Shown piece after piece: positions 1-8,198 of a stretch of 64,000 bases of DNA. The stretch's first letter is position 1. Every line of letters begins with the position of its first letter. The notes beneath the pieces are model-generated. The model ran no database searches. It was not told the DNA's origin and saw only the letters and a list, made by a program, of their open reading frames with translations. The translations under genes and the position numbers were made by a program. The stretch is from a bacterium (GTDB lineage: Bacteria > Patescibacteriota > Andersenbacteria > UBA10190 > CAIZMI01): positions 12,086 through 76,085 of the forward strand of contig JAUSJG010000013.1 in NCBI GenBank assembly GCA_030647555.1. Direction: 5' to 3'.

Positions 1-154
1 CATCTTATGTTCACTCCATCCTCAACTACAACCACTTCTCAATCAAAAATCTTTCAACGTACGTTTAGTACGTCTCAAGATTTTGTTCAATCAAAGCGGC
101 CATATTTGAGGCGTATTGAACAGAATATGGAGCGTTTATTTATTACCAAGCCCT
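1..154. mobile_element. MITE-like element, copy A (5' part cut by window edge); ~85% identical to copies at 30135-30315 and (reverse) 60882-61061
   Basis: Direct alignment of 1-154 with 30161-30315; shared right end gcgtttatt(t/a)attaccaagccct. Confidence 0.6.
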
Positions 155-156
155 AA

Positions 157-345
157 GGAAATTTCTATGAAGTAATTGGGCTCGCGCGTCACAGTGAAAC
201 TCTTGAAGAGTTAGTTGTTTATCGAGCATTGTATGATTCAGAAGAATTTGGTAAAAATTCCATCTGGGTGCGTCCCAAAAGGATGTTTTTGGAGATGGTG
301 GTTGTCGATGGAAAAGAAGTGCAGAGATTTACGCTCGTAGAATAA
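157..345 (+). pseudogene. DUF1653-family small protein, N-terminus displaced by MITE copy A (ATG at 127 runs into TAA at 154; no in-frame start for ...GNFYEVIGLARHSETLEELVVYRALY...WVRPKRMFLEMVVVDGKEVQRF)
   Basis: Translation in frame 1 matches DUF1653 core (HSETxEExVVYRALY...WVRPxxMF) but lacks the usual N-terminal YRHYKG segment. Confidence 0.4.
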
Positions 346-495
346 AAAAGCGCGTCCTTGCGAGGCCACCTATGAGGCGGCCGAAGCAATCTCACGTTGT
401 AATTTTTGGGGATTGCCGCGCCTCGCGCATTTTAAAAAATGCGCGATGGCTCCAGCCGTCACCAAGGTTATGGCCGGCAGGCGCAATGACTGCGG

Positions 496-2568
496 TCACT
501 TTTTCCGCCAGCGTTTGGAACGCGGTTTTTCGCCCTTTAGTTTTTTGATTGTGTCGCGGAGTTTTGCTGCTTCTTCGAAATCCAAATTGGCGGCGGCTAA
601 ATGCATTTTGGAAGTCAATTCCTTTAATATGTGTGGCACTTCTTCCGGCGCAACATGTAACTCGCGCGCGACCACATTCGCTTGGTCTTCTTTTTTGCCA
701 GCTAATCGGTCGTCACGTACGGATTTAATAATTGTTGTTGGCGTAATGCCGTGTTTTTTGTTGTAAGCCACTTGAATGGTGCGACGACGATCCGTTTCGT
801 CAATGGCGCGTTGCATCGAGCCGGTAATTTTATCGGCATACATCACCACTTTTCCGTTAGCATGGCGGGCAGCGCGTCCCATCACTTGAATAAGCGCGTG
901 ATCACTGCGTAAAAATCCTTCTTTATCGGCATCTAAAATAGCGACCAACGAAACTTCCGGCAAATCCAAGCCTTCACGCAAAAGATTGATGCCAACCAAC
1001 ACGTCGTAAACACCTAAGCGTAAATCACGCAGAATATCCACGCGTTCCAAAGTATCCACGTCGGAATGTAGATATTGCACTTTGATATTGAGATCTTGGA
1101 GGTAAGTCGTTAAATCCTCCGCCATTCGTTTCGTTAGTGTGGTCACCAAAACACGTTCGTGTTTTTTAATGCGCTCCTGAATTTGTTCCATTAAGTGGTC
1201 GATCTGATTTTCTGTGGGATGAATTTCAATTTGCGGGTCGATGAGACCGGTGGGGCGGACAATGAGTTCAATTATTTTGTCACTTTTGTTTCTTTCTTCC
1301 GGCCCGGGCGTGGCGGAAACATAAACCGTTTGGCCGAGACGTTTTTCAAATTCGTCGTAACGCAGTGGGCGATTATCCAAAGCGGAAGGGAGGCGAAAAC
1401 CGTGGGCGACCAAAGTTTCTTTGCGGGCTTGGTCACCGGAACTCATTCCCCGTACTTGCGACAAAGTAATGTGCGATTCATCAACAAAACCTAAGAAATC
1501 TTTTGGGAAAAAATCCAACAACACACCCGGCGGGGTGCCCGGTTTACGTTGATCGATATGGCGGGAATAATTTTCGATGCCGGAAACATAACCGATTGTT
1601 TCAATCATTTCCAAGTCGTAGTTCACACGTTGTTCCAAACGTTGCGCTTCCACAATTTTTCCGCGTTCGCGCAGTTCGGTTAAACGTTCTTCCAGTTCTT
1701 TCCTAATTTCTACCAGGGCTGTTTTTTGTCTCTCGCGTTCGGCCAAATAAAGTTTCGCCGGATAAACAGTGGCTTCATCCATAATTTGCAAAATTTCACC
1801 GGTCAAGGGATCCATGCGTTTTATTTTTTCAATTTTGTCGCCGTTGAAACTTACGCGCAAAACCATGTCATCACTGACGGGGTGAATATCAACCGTGTCG
1901 CCTTGTACCCGGAAAGTTCCCCGTTTGAAATCAATATCGTTTCGTTCGTAAAGGGTGTGCGTGAGTTTTAACAATAGATCGTTACGCCGAATTTCTTGTC
2001 CCACTTTAAAATTCGCCGCTTCCTTGATGTATTCTTCCGGACTGCCGAGACCGTAGATACAAGAAACGGACGCGACAATAATCACATCGCGACGGGTGAG
2101 GAGGGCTTGGGTGGCGGCGTGGCGGAGACGATCAATTTCATCGTTAATGTCCGCGTCTTTTTGAATGTAGGTGTCGGTGCGGGCAACGTAGGCCTCCGGT
2201 TGGTAGTAGTCGTAGTACGAAACAAAATAATGTACCGCATTTTCCGGAAAGAATTCTTGGAACTCGCTGGCCAACTGCGCGGCCAAAGTTTTGTTGTGCG
2301 ACAAAACCAGGGCCGGGCGCTGCAATTTATTAATCACATTGGCCATCACATAAGTTTTTCCACTGCCGGTTACACCCAAAAGTGTTTGGTATTTCAAACC
2401 GTCTTGCAGTCCTTTGGTTAGTTGTTCAATAGCGCGCGGTTGATCCCCAGCCGGAGGAAACGGGGAATGGAGTTTGAATAGCGATGTTTCTCTCCCTGAC
2501 AAGAGCTTGTCCCCGACCTGATCGGGGAGAGGGTGAGGGTGGGTTTCGTTAGTAGTCTTCTTCTTCAT
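496..2568 (-). CDS. uvrB: Excinuclease ABC subunit B (UvrB); alternative TTG start at 2502
   Basis: PAGDQP motif, Walker A GVTGSGKT, helicase motifs, C-terminal UVR domain; ORF track 496-2850 trimmed to internal ATG. Confidence 0.95.
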   Translation of the reverse strand: MKKKTTNETHPHPLPDQVGDKLLSGRETSLFKLHSPFPPAGDQPRAIEQLTKGLQDGLKYQTLLGVTGSGKTYVMANVINKLQRPALVLSHNKTLAAQLASEFQEFFPENAVHYFVSYYDYYQPEAYVARTDTYIQKDADINDEIDRLRHAATQALLTRRDVIIVASVSCIYGLGSPEEYIKEAANFKVGQEIRRNDLLLKLTHTLYERNDIDFKRGTFRVQGDTVDIHPVSDDMVLRVSFNGDKIEKIKRMDPLTGEILQIMDEATVYPAKLYLAERERQKTALVEIRKELEERLTELRERGKIVEAQRLEQRVNYDLEMIETIGYVSGIENYSRHIDQRKPGTPPGVLLDFFPKDFLGFVDESHITLSQVRGMSSGDQARKETLVAHGFRLPSALDNRPLRYDEFEKRLGQTVYVSATPGPEERNKSDKIIELIVRPTGLIDPQIEIHPTENQIDHLMEQIQERIKKHERVLVTTLTKRMAEDLTTYLQDLNIKVQYLHSDVDTLERVDILRDLRLGVYDVLVGINLLREGLDLPEVSLVAILDADKEGFLRSDHALIQVMGRAARHANGKVVMYADKITGSMQRAIDETDRRRTIQVAYNKKHGITPTTIIKSVRDDRLAGKKEDQANVVARELHVAPEEVPHILKELTSKMHLAAANLDFEEAAKLRDTIKKLKGEKPRSKRWRKK

Positions 2569-2707
2569 CCAACAAAGCTTACTCGCCAAAATTATCATTG
2601 ACAAGGAATAAAAACGGTGGTTATATGATGCATTGTTCTGTAAAATCCATAACGCTTCGGGCCTAAGAGTTTCAGAAATTGTTTTCAACCCCTCATGGAG
2701 TACGCTA

Positions 2708-3100
2708 ATGATCAGCGAACAAGAACCTGTTGATTTCGGCGAAATCTTAAGAATCGCGAGAAAGAGATTGAGCAAAAACGCTGCACAGATGGCTGATGAA
2801 CTAGGTGTGAAGGCTTCGACGGTCTCGCGTTGGGAAACGAATAAGTGCATATTCCCCGTAGAGAAATTCGAAGCAGTTTCCCAAGCTTACGTCCTAGACG
2901 CCACTGAAAAAGGCATAATCTCTCAGTTCTTACGAAACCCAACAAACAAACTCCTTTCTAAAAGCCATCCAAAAGTCGCGGGTTCAGAAAGGATGTCATT
3001 GGGCGCCAAAATATTTATCTGCTGGGTTGAATTACCAAAAGCAGAAAGGCAAAAATGGCTCAAAGTCATGCAGGCTTATGAGGCATCAGGCGTCGAATAA
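2708..3100 (+). CDS. XRE-family helix-turn-helix transcriptional regulator
   Basis: [37 protein letters not shown]_3 pattern; divergent from uvrB. Confidence 0.65.
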   Translation: MISEQEPVDFGEILRIARKRLSKNAAQMADELGVKASTVSRWETNKCIFPVEKFEAVSQAYVLDATEKGIISQFLRNPTNKLLSKSHPKVAGSERMSLGAKIFICWVELPKAERQKWLKVMQAYEASGVE

Positions 3101-3223
3101 CCAAACCCCAAAGGCGCTGTCCTCATTGCGGATCCAGAGTTGTTTTCTGTTGAGGATGGGGTTTGGGAGCCCGAAAAGGAAGCAGTTCTTGTTTGGAAAA
3201 AGTAGAAATTAGATTGAGACCCC

Positions 3224-3252
3224 CCCGTGCGGTTTTCCGCCCGGGTTTTTTT
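3224..3252 (+). terminator. Intrinsic terminator hairpin cccgtgcggttttccgcccggg + T7; same sequence recurs at 5673-5702
   Basis: GC stem plus T-run seen directly; exact duplicate downstream of 5082-5669 gene. Confidence 0.45.
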
Positions 3253-3331
3253 GCGCGGGTGCAAAAACAACCCTGAGCCTGTCGAAGGGTTTAGAGCTTC
3301 TTGTTTCGATCAATCGAAACGCAAACCTGCA

Positions 3332-3373
3332 TCCACTCCAGGAGCGGAGCAAGGTTGCTCCGCTCCTGGAGTG
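3332..3373. repeat. Palindromic element family 1 (GGAGCAA type): ccactccaggagcggagcaa-gg-ttgctccgctcctggagtgg
   Basis: 20-bp perfect inverted arms; related copies at 46971-47012 and 61133-61207. Confidence 0.7.
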
Positions 3374-3405
3374 GAACTGGTCGTTCTGAAAATAAAGTTA
3401 GCGAA

Positions 3406-3444
3406 ATCAGTGACCGACCCCGGCGTGCGGGGACGGTCCCTGAT
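3406..3444. repeat. Palindromic element family 2 (GACCGTCCC type): atcagtgaccgaccccggcgtgcggggacggtccctgat
   Basis: Identical copy at 7389-7427; related copies 21361-21398, 38601-38639, 48678-48715, 59907-59944. Confidence 0.75.
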
Positions 3445-3550
3445 TTGTCGGATGCACCATTGACTTTTGTCTGTTTTGGGGGTAGGTTGGACGTAAGAAG
3501 CAACCGAAAACTTCCTGAAAGGGTTGTGGCCGAAAGGTCTAGGTTGCTTT

Positions 3551-4117
3551 TTAAATTTCCTTAATAATTCCCTTGCCACACGCTTTGTCAAAAAGCGGTT
3601 TCATTGTTTTGTCTTTTTCTGTTCCGTCTCGTACAAAACCCGCTATTGCGTCCGCTAAACGGATAAATTCCTCTGATTCGTCTCTTGCGCCGCGTGTCAA
3701 TTTTGTTTTGACTCGAAGTTTTCGAAGACCTGCTGCAAACCGCTGTCTTTCATTTTTGCTCAAACCATCGACATAAACTGTGGCAAGATACTCTTCATCG
3801 CCAAAATCCAGAATTGCTTTTGCAGTAGAGAGAATTGTTAAATCTACGTATTCACGCGAATTGAAATAATATGAGAAATATATTTTTCCCAAAAACTTCT
3901 TTTCCTTAAGAATTCGGTTGATGTATTGAACGCGTCGGTCACTGGTGGTTTTTGTCCACTTTTTTGTTTTTCTTGAACTTTTTTCGATATCGCGAAGTAA
4001 TTCGCGCAATTCCTCTCTTTTTTCAGAAACTACGACGATGGCAACGAAAAATATGTTGCCAAGCGTATCTTGTCCAGATTCGTCCACATAAACATCGAAT
4101 TTATTAAGAAGGGGCAT
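3551..4117 (-). CDS. DUF3800-like hypothetical protein
   Basis: N-terminal FDVYVDESG...FFVAIVVV and C-terminal RLADAIAGF resemble DUF3800; weak. Confidence 0.4.
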   Translation of the reverse strand: MPLLNKFDVYVDESGQDTLGNIFFVAIVVVSEKREELRELLRDIEKSSRKTKKWTKTTSDRRVQYINRILKEKKFLGKIYFSYYFNSREYVDLTILSTAKAILDFGDEEYLATVYVDGLSKNERQRFAAGLRKLRVKTKLTRGARDESEEFIRLADAIAGFVRDGTEKDKTMKPLFDKACGKGIIKEI

Positions 4118-4177
4118 ACTGAAATAATATATCATCGAAGACTGATTGGGCGAGGGCGGGGCGGATTTTATTAGTTT

Positions 4178-4225
4178 TTGACAACATATTTAAATAGTGC
4201 AAGGCTGAGGCGTTGTTCTTTGTCT
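4178..4225 (+). promoter_or_regulatory. Conserved promoter-leader module (TTGACA ... cgttgttctttgtc) upstream of 4255 gene; homologous to 6478-6524
   Basis: Direct alignment of 4178-4225 with 6478-6524, same length and shared 14-nt motif. Confidence 0.5.
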
Positions 4226-4254
4226 GAACATTCACAAGAGTAAAGGGGAACATT

Positions 4255-4845
4255 GTGGTCGATCTAGTATTTCCTCCGCCCGCCAAATGGTGGTGTGGCA
4301 TGGCTGATTTCGATTTCTCCCAGGCGTTGAAGGGGCATGAGGCAGTCTTCCGAAAGACTTTCGATCGTGGCGGGCGCCACAAAGCATTTTGTTGGACCCA
4401 CACGCTGGCCGTGGGTACGTCAAAGTATTTGCCACACGGGTATTATTGTGGCCAAGCGTGTTTTGTCGAGCGTGCTTGGAAAACCTGGGGTAATTTCCGT
4501 TTAGCGTGTTTTTGGACTGGGGAAAAGACGGCCAAAAATGTCTATTATGGAATCGTACCTGAAAGTTTTGTTCTCATCCCGTCAATGCATTACTTGAGAC
4601 GAGTAGTAACCAGTCTCGCTGAAAGGCTTGAGTTTAAAATCGTGCGGGGTGGCGCAGATTTTTTAGAGGCAAAACAAGTTCGAATAAAGGTGGAGAAAGA
4701 TAGATTTCACTTGGGCTTTGGTTGGAAACGTTACACAAAAGTTTTTCAAGATGGTCTAAGGGAATTAGAGGTAACTGCGCAGGAAGCAATGCACACCGGT
4801 TACCACTTGAGTATTTTTCGTAGTCACAATATTCTTCGCAAGTAG
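4255..4845 (+). CDS. Hypothetical protein, cassette-type gene (contains CFWTGE motif)
   Basis: ORF with GTG start; own promoter module upstream and terminator + palindromes downstream. Confidence 0.5.
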   Translation: MVDLVFPPPAKWWCGMADFDFSQALKGHEAVFRKTFDRGGRHKAFCWTHTLAVGTSKYLPHGYYCGQACFVERAWKTWGNFRLACFWTGEKTAKNVYYGIVPESFVLIPSMHYLRRVVTSLAERLEFKIVRGGADFLEAKQVRIKVEKDRFHLGFGWKRYTKVFQDGLRELEVTAQEAMHTGYHLSIFRSHNILRK

Positions 4846-4852
4846 AAGTCAT

Positions 4853-4878
4853 CCGCGTCATCGAGACGCGGTTTTTTT
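4853..4878 (+). terminator. Intrinsic terminator ccgcgtcatcgagacgcgg + T7
   Basis: Hairpin and T-run immediately after stop of 4255-4845. Confidence 0.55.
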
Positions 4879-4880
4879 AT

Positions 4881-4932
4881 TTTTCTCATCAGAGAAAAAT
4901 AATCCCCCATAGCTCATCAGCGCGCGCGGGTG
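4881..4932. repeat. Variable palindrome (ttttctcatcagagaaaa) + degenerate 34-bp CAT element (aatcccccatagctcatcag...)
   Basis: Same architecture as 7322-7374, 28296-28351, 38001-38056, 48569-48623. Confidence 0.55.
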
Positions 4933-5006
4933 TTTATTAGGAGTCTCCATAAAAGGAAACACCCAATAAACACGAATCGTTCCCACGTGGGTGACGAAAA
5001 ATTTAT

Positions 5007-5051
5007 TTGCTTAAAATATAAAAGTGGCATAAAACAATATTGTTATTGATC
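5007..5051 (+). promoter_or_regulatory. Putative promoter TTGCTT-17-TAAAAC followed by ttgttattgatc (weaker version of the conserved leader motif)
   Basis: Hexamer spacing read from sequence. Confidence 0.3.
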
Positions 5052-5081
5052 TTTTTTTCTCATTCGAAGAGAGGTTCACAG

Positions 5082-5669
5082 ATGTGTGACGAAAATAATG
5101 AACTCGTTGATCTTGTCCGTTCGATTGCTTCTCCGACCTTGTCACACGAGGCGATCGTGGCTTTGCGTGAATCGGGTATGCTCGATCAACTTTTATTAGC
5201 AGCCAAAAGGAGTCCAGGACGGTTGTCTTTACCACTCGTTCAGCATGAGTTAAGGACGGTGCTGGGGTTTCGTCCAGTAATTGACTGTGACGCGATGTTG
5301 GAATTTGAGGGTTACGAATATCGTAAGGATGATCAGCCCTTGAACAGAATTCGCCACAAGATTTTTTGGGACCCGTTCGCGTTTAGCCGTTACGTTTTTT
5401 CCAGCGTGAAGCTTTGCGACAAGGTGGCCGAAATTCAGGATCTGGTACCGGCGCATGTGTTGCGATTTCTAGTTGATAATCCCGACCAGATGCCGGAGGA
5501 GTATGCATTCTCTGATTTGTTTTTCTGGACGCCGTTGCGAAGTCTGCTGGAAGGGGAACTGTATGTACCCGGTTTGCAACAAGGGAAGTTGTGCTTCCAA
5601 AAGATTGTGGACGCGCAAGGTGCGGTCTTGGTGCCTGCTCGAGCCAGCGATTTGATAGTGGCGTATTAG
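5082..5669 (+). CDS. Hypothetical protein (start at MCDENNELV, RBS gaagagagg)
   Basis: ORF with RBS; followed by terminator repeat; no recognisable domain. Confidence 0.5.
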   Translation: MCDENNELVDLVRSIASPTLSHEAIVALRESGMLDQLLLAAKRSPGRLSLPLVQHELRTVLGFRPVIDCDAMLEFEGYEYRKDDQPLNRIRHKIFWDPFAFSRYVFSSVKLCDKVAEIQDLVPAHVLRFLVDNPDQMPEEYAFSDLFFWTPLRSLLEGELYVPGLQQGKLCFQKIVDAQGAVLVPARASDLIVAY

Positions 5670-5672
5670 TTT

Positions 5673-5702
5673 CCCGTGCGGTTTTCTGCCCGGGATTTTT
5701 TT
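5673..5702 (+). terminator. Intrinsic terminator cccgtgcggttttctgcccggg + T8 (duplicate of 3224-3252)
   Basis: Hairpin and T-run 4 nt after stop. Confidence 0.55.
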
Positions 5703-5727
5703 ATTCGAGAAATTTGTACGCGCAATT

Positions 5728-5945
5728 TGTATCGATATGTCGATACAAAAGAACACTGATTGTTTGTTTTTACTGATTTTTAAAAATCCAACCTTGCTCT
5801 TGTATCGATATATCGATACACAAACAGGCAAAGGCGATATATTTTTTTGCGTTAATTAAATCATGTTGCGCCTGTATCGATATATCGATACACAGATGTT
5901 TGTATTGTTGTAAACGAGTTGCTCTTGTATCGATATGTCGATACA
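5728..5945. promoter_or_regulatory. Four copies of 20-bp palindrome TGTATCGAYATRTCGATACA (5728-5747, 5801-5820, 5873-5892, 5926-5945), each in a promoter-like context (ttgcNc-palindrome-tacaNN)
   Basis: Exact palindromes seen directly; last copy abuts start codon of the TrpR-like gene. Confidence 0.6.
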
Positions 5946-5953
5946 ATTGAGGC

Positions 5954-6364
5954 ATGGCAAAAGTAAAAACGCAAAAATTTACAGCGGAAGAAAAAGAAAA
6001 GTTTGTGAAAAATCTTGGTGCGACAATTCTGAAATATGATAAACCAGATAAAATGGAAAAGTTTTTGCGTGATTTTCTTACGCCAAGTGAAATTATTATG
6101 TTGGCAAGAAGAATCCAAATTGCCGATGGCCTTATAAAAGGAAAAGGGTACCGCGAATTGCACGAAAAATACGGGATTGGAATGAGTACAGTTCAGCTGG
6201 TTGATAAGTGGTTGAGGGTGACAGTTGAAGATTACAAATACGCGCCACCTGGAAAACGCGACAAGAAGCAGAAGAAAACACGTGGCTATTCAAGACGTAG
6301 CGGTATCCAGCTTTTTCTTTCTTATTCAACTGGTCCCAATCCGTATTTTATTTGGCAAAGCTAA
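5954..6364 (+). CDS. TrpR-like YerC/YecD family DNA-binding protein
   Basis: EIIMLARRIQIADGLIKGKGYRELHEKYGIGMSTVQLV matches TrpR_YerC/YecD HTH region. Confidence 0.7.
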   Translation: MAKVKTQKFTAEEKEKFVKNLGATILKYDKPDKMEKFLRDFLTPSEIIMLARRIQIADGLIKGKGYRELHEKYGIGMSTVQLVDKWLRVTVEDYKYAPPGKRDKKQKKTRGYSRRSGIQLFLSYSTGPNPYFIWQS

Positions 6365-6366
6365 TT

Positions 6367-6432
6367 TGTATCGACATATCGATACAAGTCACCGTGTTGG
6401 TTGATATTTTTATGTATCGACATATCGATACA
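6367..6432. promoter_or_regulatory. Two more copies of TGTATCGACATATCGATACA (6367-6386, 6413-6432) downstream of TrpR-like gene
   Basis: Exact palindromes seen directly. Confidence 0.6.
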
Positions 6433-6477
6433 TCATTGCGTGATGCGGTTGAGTGAATTTTTTTAAACTAAAACTTG

Positions 6478-6524
6478 TTGACACAATATTATAATAATGC
6501 TTAAATGAACCGTTGTTCTTTGTC
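6478..6524 (+). promoter_or_regulatory. Conserved promoter-leader module: TTGACA-17-TTAAAT-gaac-cgttgttctttgtc
   Basis: Hexamers with 17-nt spacer; homologous to 4178-4225. Confidence 0.5.
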
Positions 6525-6644
6525 ATTTTTGCCAAGCGTTTGGCTGGACTTTGAACAACATTAACGTCTTTTTCGTCGGTCGTACGTCGAGCCGGGCCCT
6601 GCAAGCGAGGGTTTTTCTCTGACCAGACCGCGAACGGGAGGTGT

Positions 6645-7274
6645 GTGATGGGACATGCGAACGCGGGAACAGATTTTACGATTGATCAAGTCATGGCTAT
6701 TCGGGAGATGGAGAGAAAGTTAGCGCGACAAGGATTTCGCGGTGCTCGAAAAGAGGTTCAAGATGCTTTCGAAGTGTTGCATTACCGTATTAAGGCGTTG
6801 AAAAAACACCGCTTGGTGGATTGTTCTAAGGGGGCGTCTATCCCTGATGGATGTTTGATTCTTGAAGAAGATCAGTTACCGGGAAGAAAGAAAGACGAGA
6901 TGATCCTGAGTGTTCGTTTTATGGAGCTTTGGATTCCGGAAGCCAGGATGCCGGGAATATACAGCAGAGCCGCATTGCTTGAGGAGCTTCAACAAAATGA
7001 ATCAGCGGTACTTCCGTTGAGCGTTCTCGATCACGATCTTCTTTGGCAGCACGGGATTTTCTACGGGCTCATTCCCGATCAAGGTAGCATCTTATTCTGG
7101 GGTACGATCTTTCGCGATGTAAATGGGATTCCAACAGTAAAAGGGTTGTCTCGAAAGCGAGCGGACATTTATCTGCGAGATTTCCCCATCGACAGCTTGC
7201 GGAGTACTGTGCCACAGCGCGAATATGTTGCGCTTTATGTCAACGCTCCAATGATTGACACCGGTGTCTGGTAA
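6645..7274 (+). CDS. Hypothetical protein, FWGT-motif family (paralog of 20738-21304)
   Basis: Shared segment LL..I...LIP....(I/V)(L/F)FWGT..R...G with 20738 protein; atypical codon usage. Confidence 0.5.
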   Translation: MMGHANAGTDFTIDQVMAIREMERKLARQGFRGARKEVQDAFEVLHYRIKALKKHRLVDCSKGASIPDGCLILEEDQLPGRKKDEMILSVRFMELWIPEARMPGIYSRAALLEELQQNESAVLPLSVLDHDLLWQHGIFYGLIPDQGSILFWGTIFRDVNGIPTVKGLSRKRADIYLRDFPIDSLRSTVPQREYVALYVNAPMIDTGVW

Positions 7275-7295
7275 ATAGCGTACGCAGTTTTTCTG

Positions 7296-7322
7296 CTCCA
7301 CGGAATCCCGTGGAGTTTTTTT
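7296..7322 (+). terminator. Intrinsic terminator ctccacggaatcccgtggag + T7
   Basis: Hairpin and T-run after stop. Confidence 0.55.
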
Positions 7323-7374
7323 GTTTTCGCGCGCTCGCGAAAACAATCCCCCATAGTCTTGGTGAAGGGGGATG
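7322..7374. repeat. Variable palindrome gttttcgcgcgctcgcgaaaac + CAT-element variant aatcccccatagtcttggtgaagggggatg
   Basis: Architecture shared with four other sites. Confidence 0.55.
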
Positions 7375-7388
7375 ATTTATTTTTTTAA

Positions 7389-7427
7389 ATCAGTGACCGA
7401 CCCCGGCGTGCGGGGACGGTCCCTGAT
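7389..7427. repeat. Palindromic element family 2, identical to 3406-3444
   Basis: Exact repeat. Confidence 0.75.
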
Positions 7428-7473
7428 TTGTTCGCGTATTCCTATTTCATCAATCATCATTCATAATCACCTT

Positions 7474-8055
7474 ATGATCGCCTCTCTCACTGGCACAATT
7501 GAACACGTATCAATGGACTCTGTTGTTATGCAGGTGAATGGGATTGGTTATCGTGTTTATACTCTGGCTTCGGTTTTGAGTGTGCTGAAGGTTGGCGAGA
7601 AAATTACGATGAAAACATATTTAAGTGTACGGGAAAATGATTTATCGCTTTATGGGTTTCAGAATCCGCGTGAGCTGGCTTTCTTTAAATTGCTTTTGCA
7701 GGCGCCGGGGATTGGGCCCAAGACCGCCTTGAACGTGATGGCAATTGCAACGGTCGATACTTTGATTCGCGCTGTCGCTTCCGGTGATGTGACGCTTCTG
7801 ACAAAAGTTTCCGGAATCGGCAAAAAAACGGCGGAAAGAATTGTGGTTGAATTAAAAACAAAACTGGAAAAAGAACATCCGGAACTTTCAGGGAAGGGGC
7901 CGAGTGTTCACTCGGATGTTATATCGGCGCTTTCAAGTTTGGGCTACAGCCCAATTCAGGCGCGGGAAGTGGTGCGGCAGTTGCCGGAAGAATTGAAGGA
8001 TGCGGAAGCGGGCATTAGAGCGGCGTTGAAGATTTTGGGAAGCAATAAGAAATGA
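7474..8055 (+). CDS. ruvA: Holliday junction branch migration complex subunit RuvA
   Basis: MIASLTGTIEHV... OB fold, HhH motifs (GIGPKTA, GIGKKTAERI), C-terminal domain. Confidence 0.9.
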   Translation: MIASLTGTIEHVSMDSVVMQVNGIGYRVYTLASVLSVLKVGEKITMKTYLSVRENDLSLYGFQNPRELAFFKLLLQAPGIGPKTALNVMAIATVDTLIRAVASGDVTLLTKVSGIGKKTAERIVVELKTKLEKEHPELSGKGPSVHSDVISALSSLGYSPIQAREVVRQLPEELKDAEAGIRAALKILGSNKK

Positions 8056-8190
8056 ATTTGAAATTTGAAATTTTTAATTTGAAATCAATTTGAAAGGATT
8101 AAATTTGAAATATCTAAAACAGCGTTTTCAAATTAAAACATTTAGTTATTTCAAATTGATTAAAAATTTCAAATTTCAAATTAAAAATTG
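8056..8190. repeat. Long AT-rich hairpin (aatttgaaatttgaaatttttaatttgaaatcaatttgaaa ... inverted); near-identical copy at 36080-36212, partial at 54521-54555
   Basis: Inverted arms read directly; likely terminator/MITE after ruvA. Confidence 0.6.
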
Positions 8191-8198
8191 ATGAAATA

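Noticed and set aside
413-766. ORF 413-766 (+) and other + strand ORFs 1195-2421 overlapping uvrB
   Set aside because: They are antisense to a strongly conserved uvrB coding sequence, lack an RBS and have odd composition. They are spurious.
2470-2560. Nested GC hairpins (ctctccc...ccccgacctgatcgggg...gggagag) at the 5' end of uvrB as a regulatory element (for example a LexA/SOS-like operator)
   Set aside because: There is no similarity to LexA boxes (CTGT-N8-ACAG or GAAC-N4-GTTC). It could just as well be coding sequence if the ATG at 2568 is used. Start-site ambiguity (TTG 2502) prevents a call.
3227-3591. Small ORFs 3227-3463, 3301-3564, 3310-3591 etc. in the 3100-3550 gap
   Set aside because: They are translations of the palindromic elements, giving reciprocal peptides such as VTDPGVRGRSLIC. 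There is no RBS, and the region is a repeat hotspot.
5728-5945. Possible CRISPR array (repeated 20-22-bp unit with ~50-bp spacers upstream of the TrpR-like gene)
   Set aside because: The repeats are perfect palindromes of only 20 bp. Spacing is irregular (53, 52 and 33 bp gaps) and only four tandem copies are present. More copies flank the gene on the other side. There is no cas gene or leader. An operator array or a mobile palindrome fits better.
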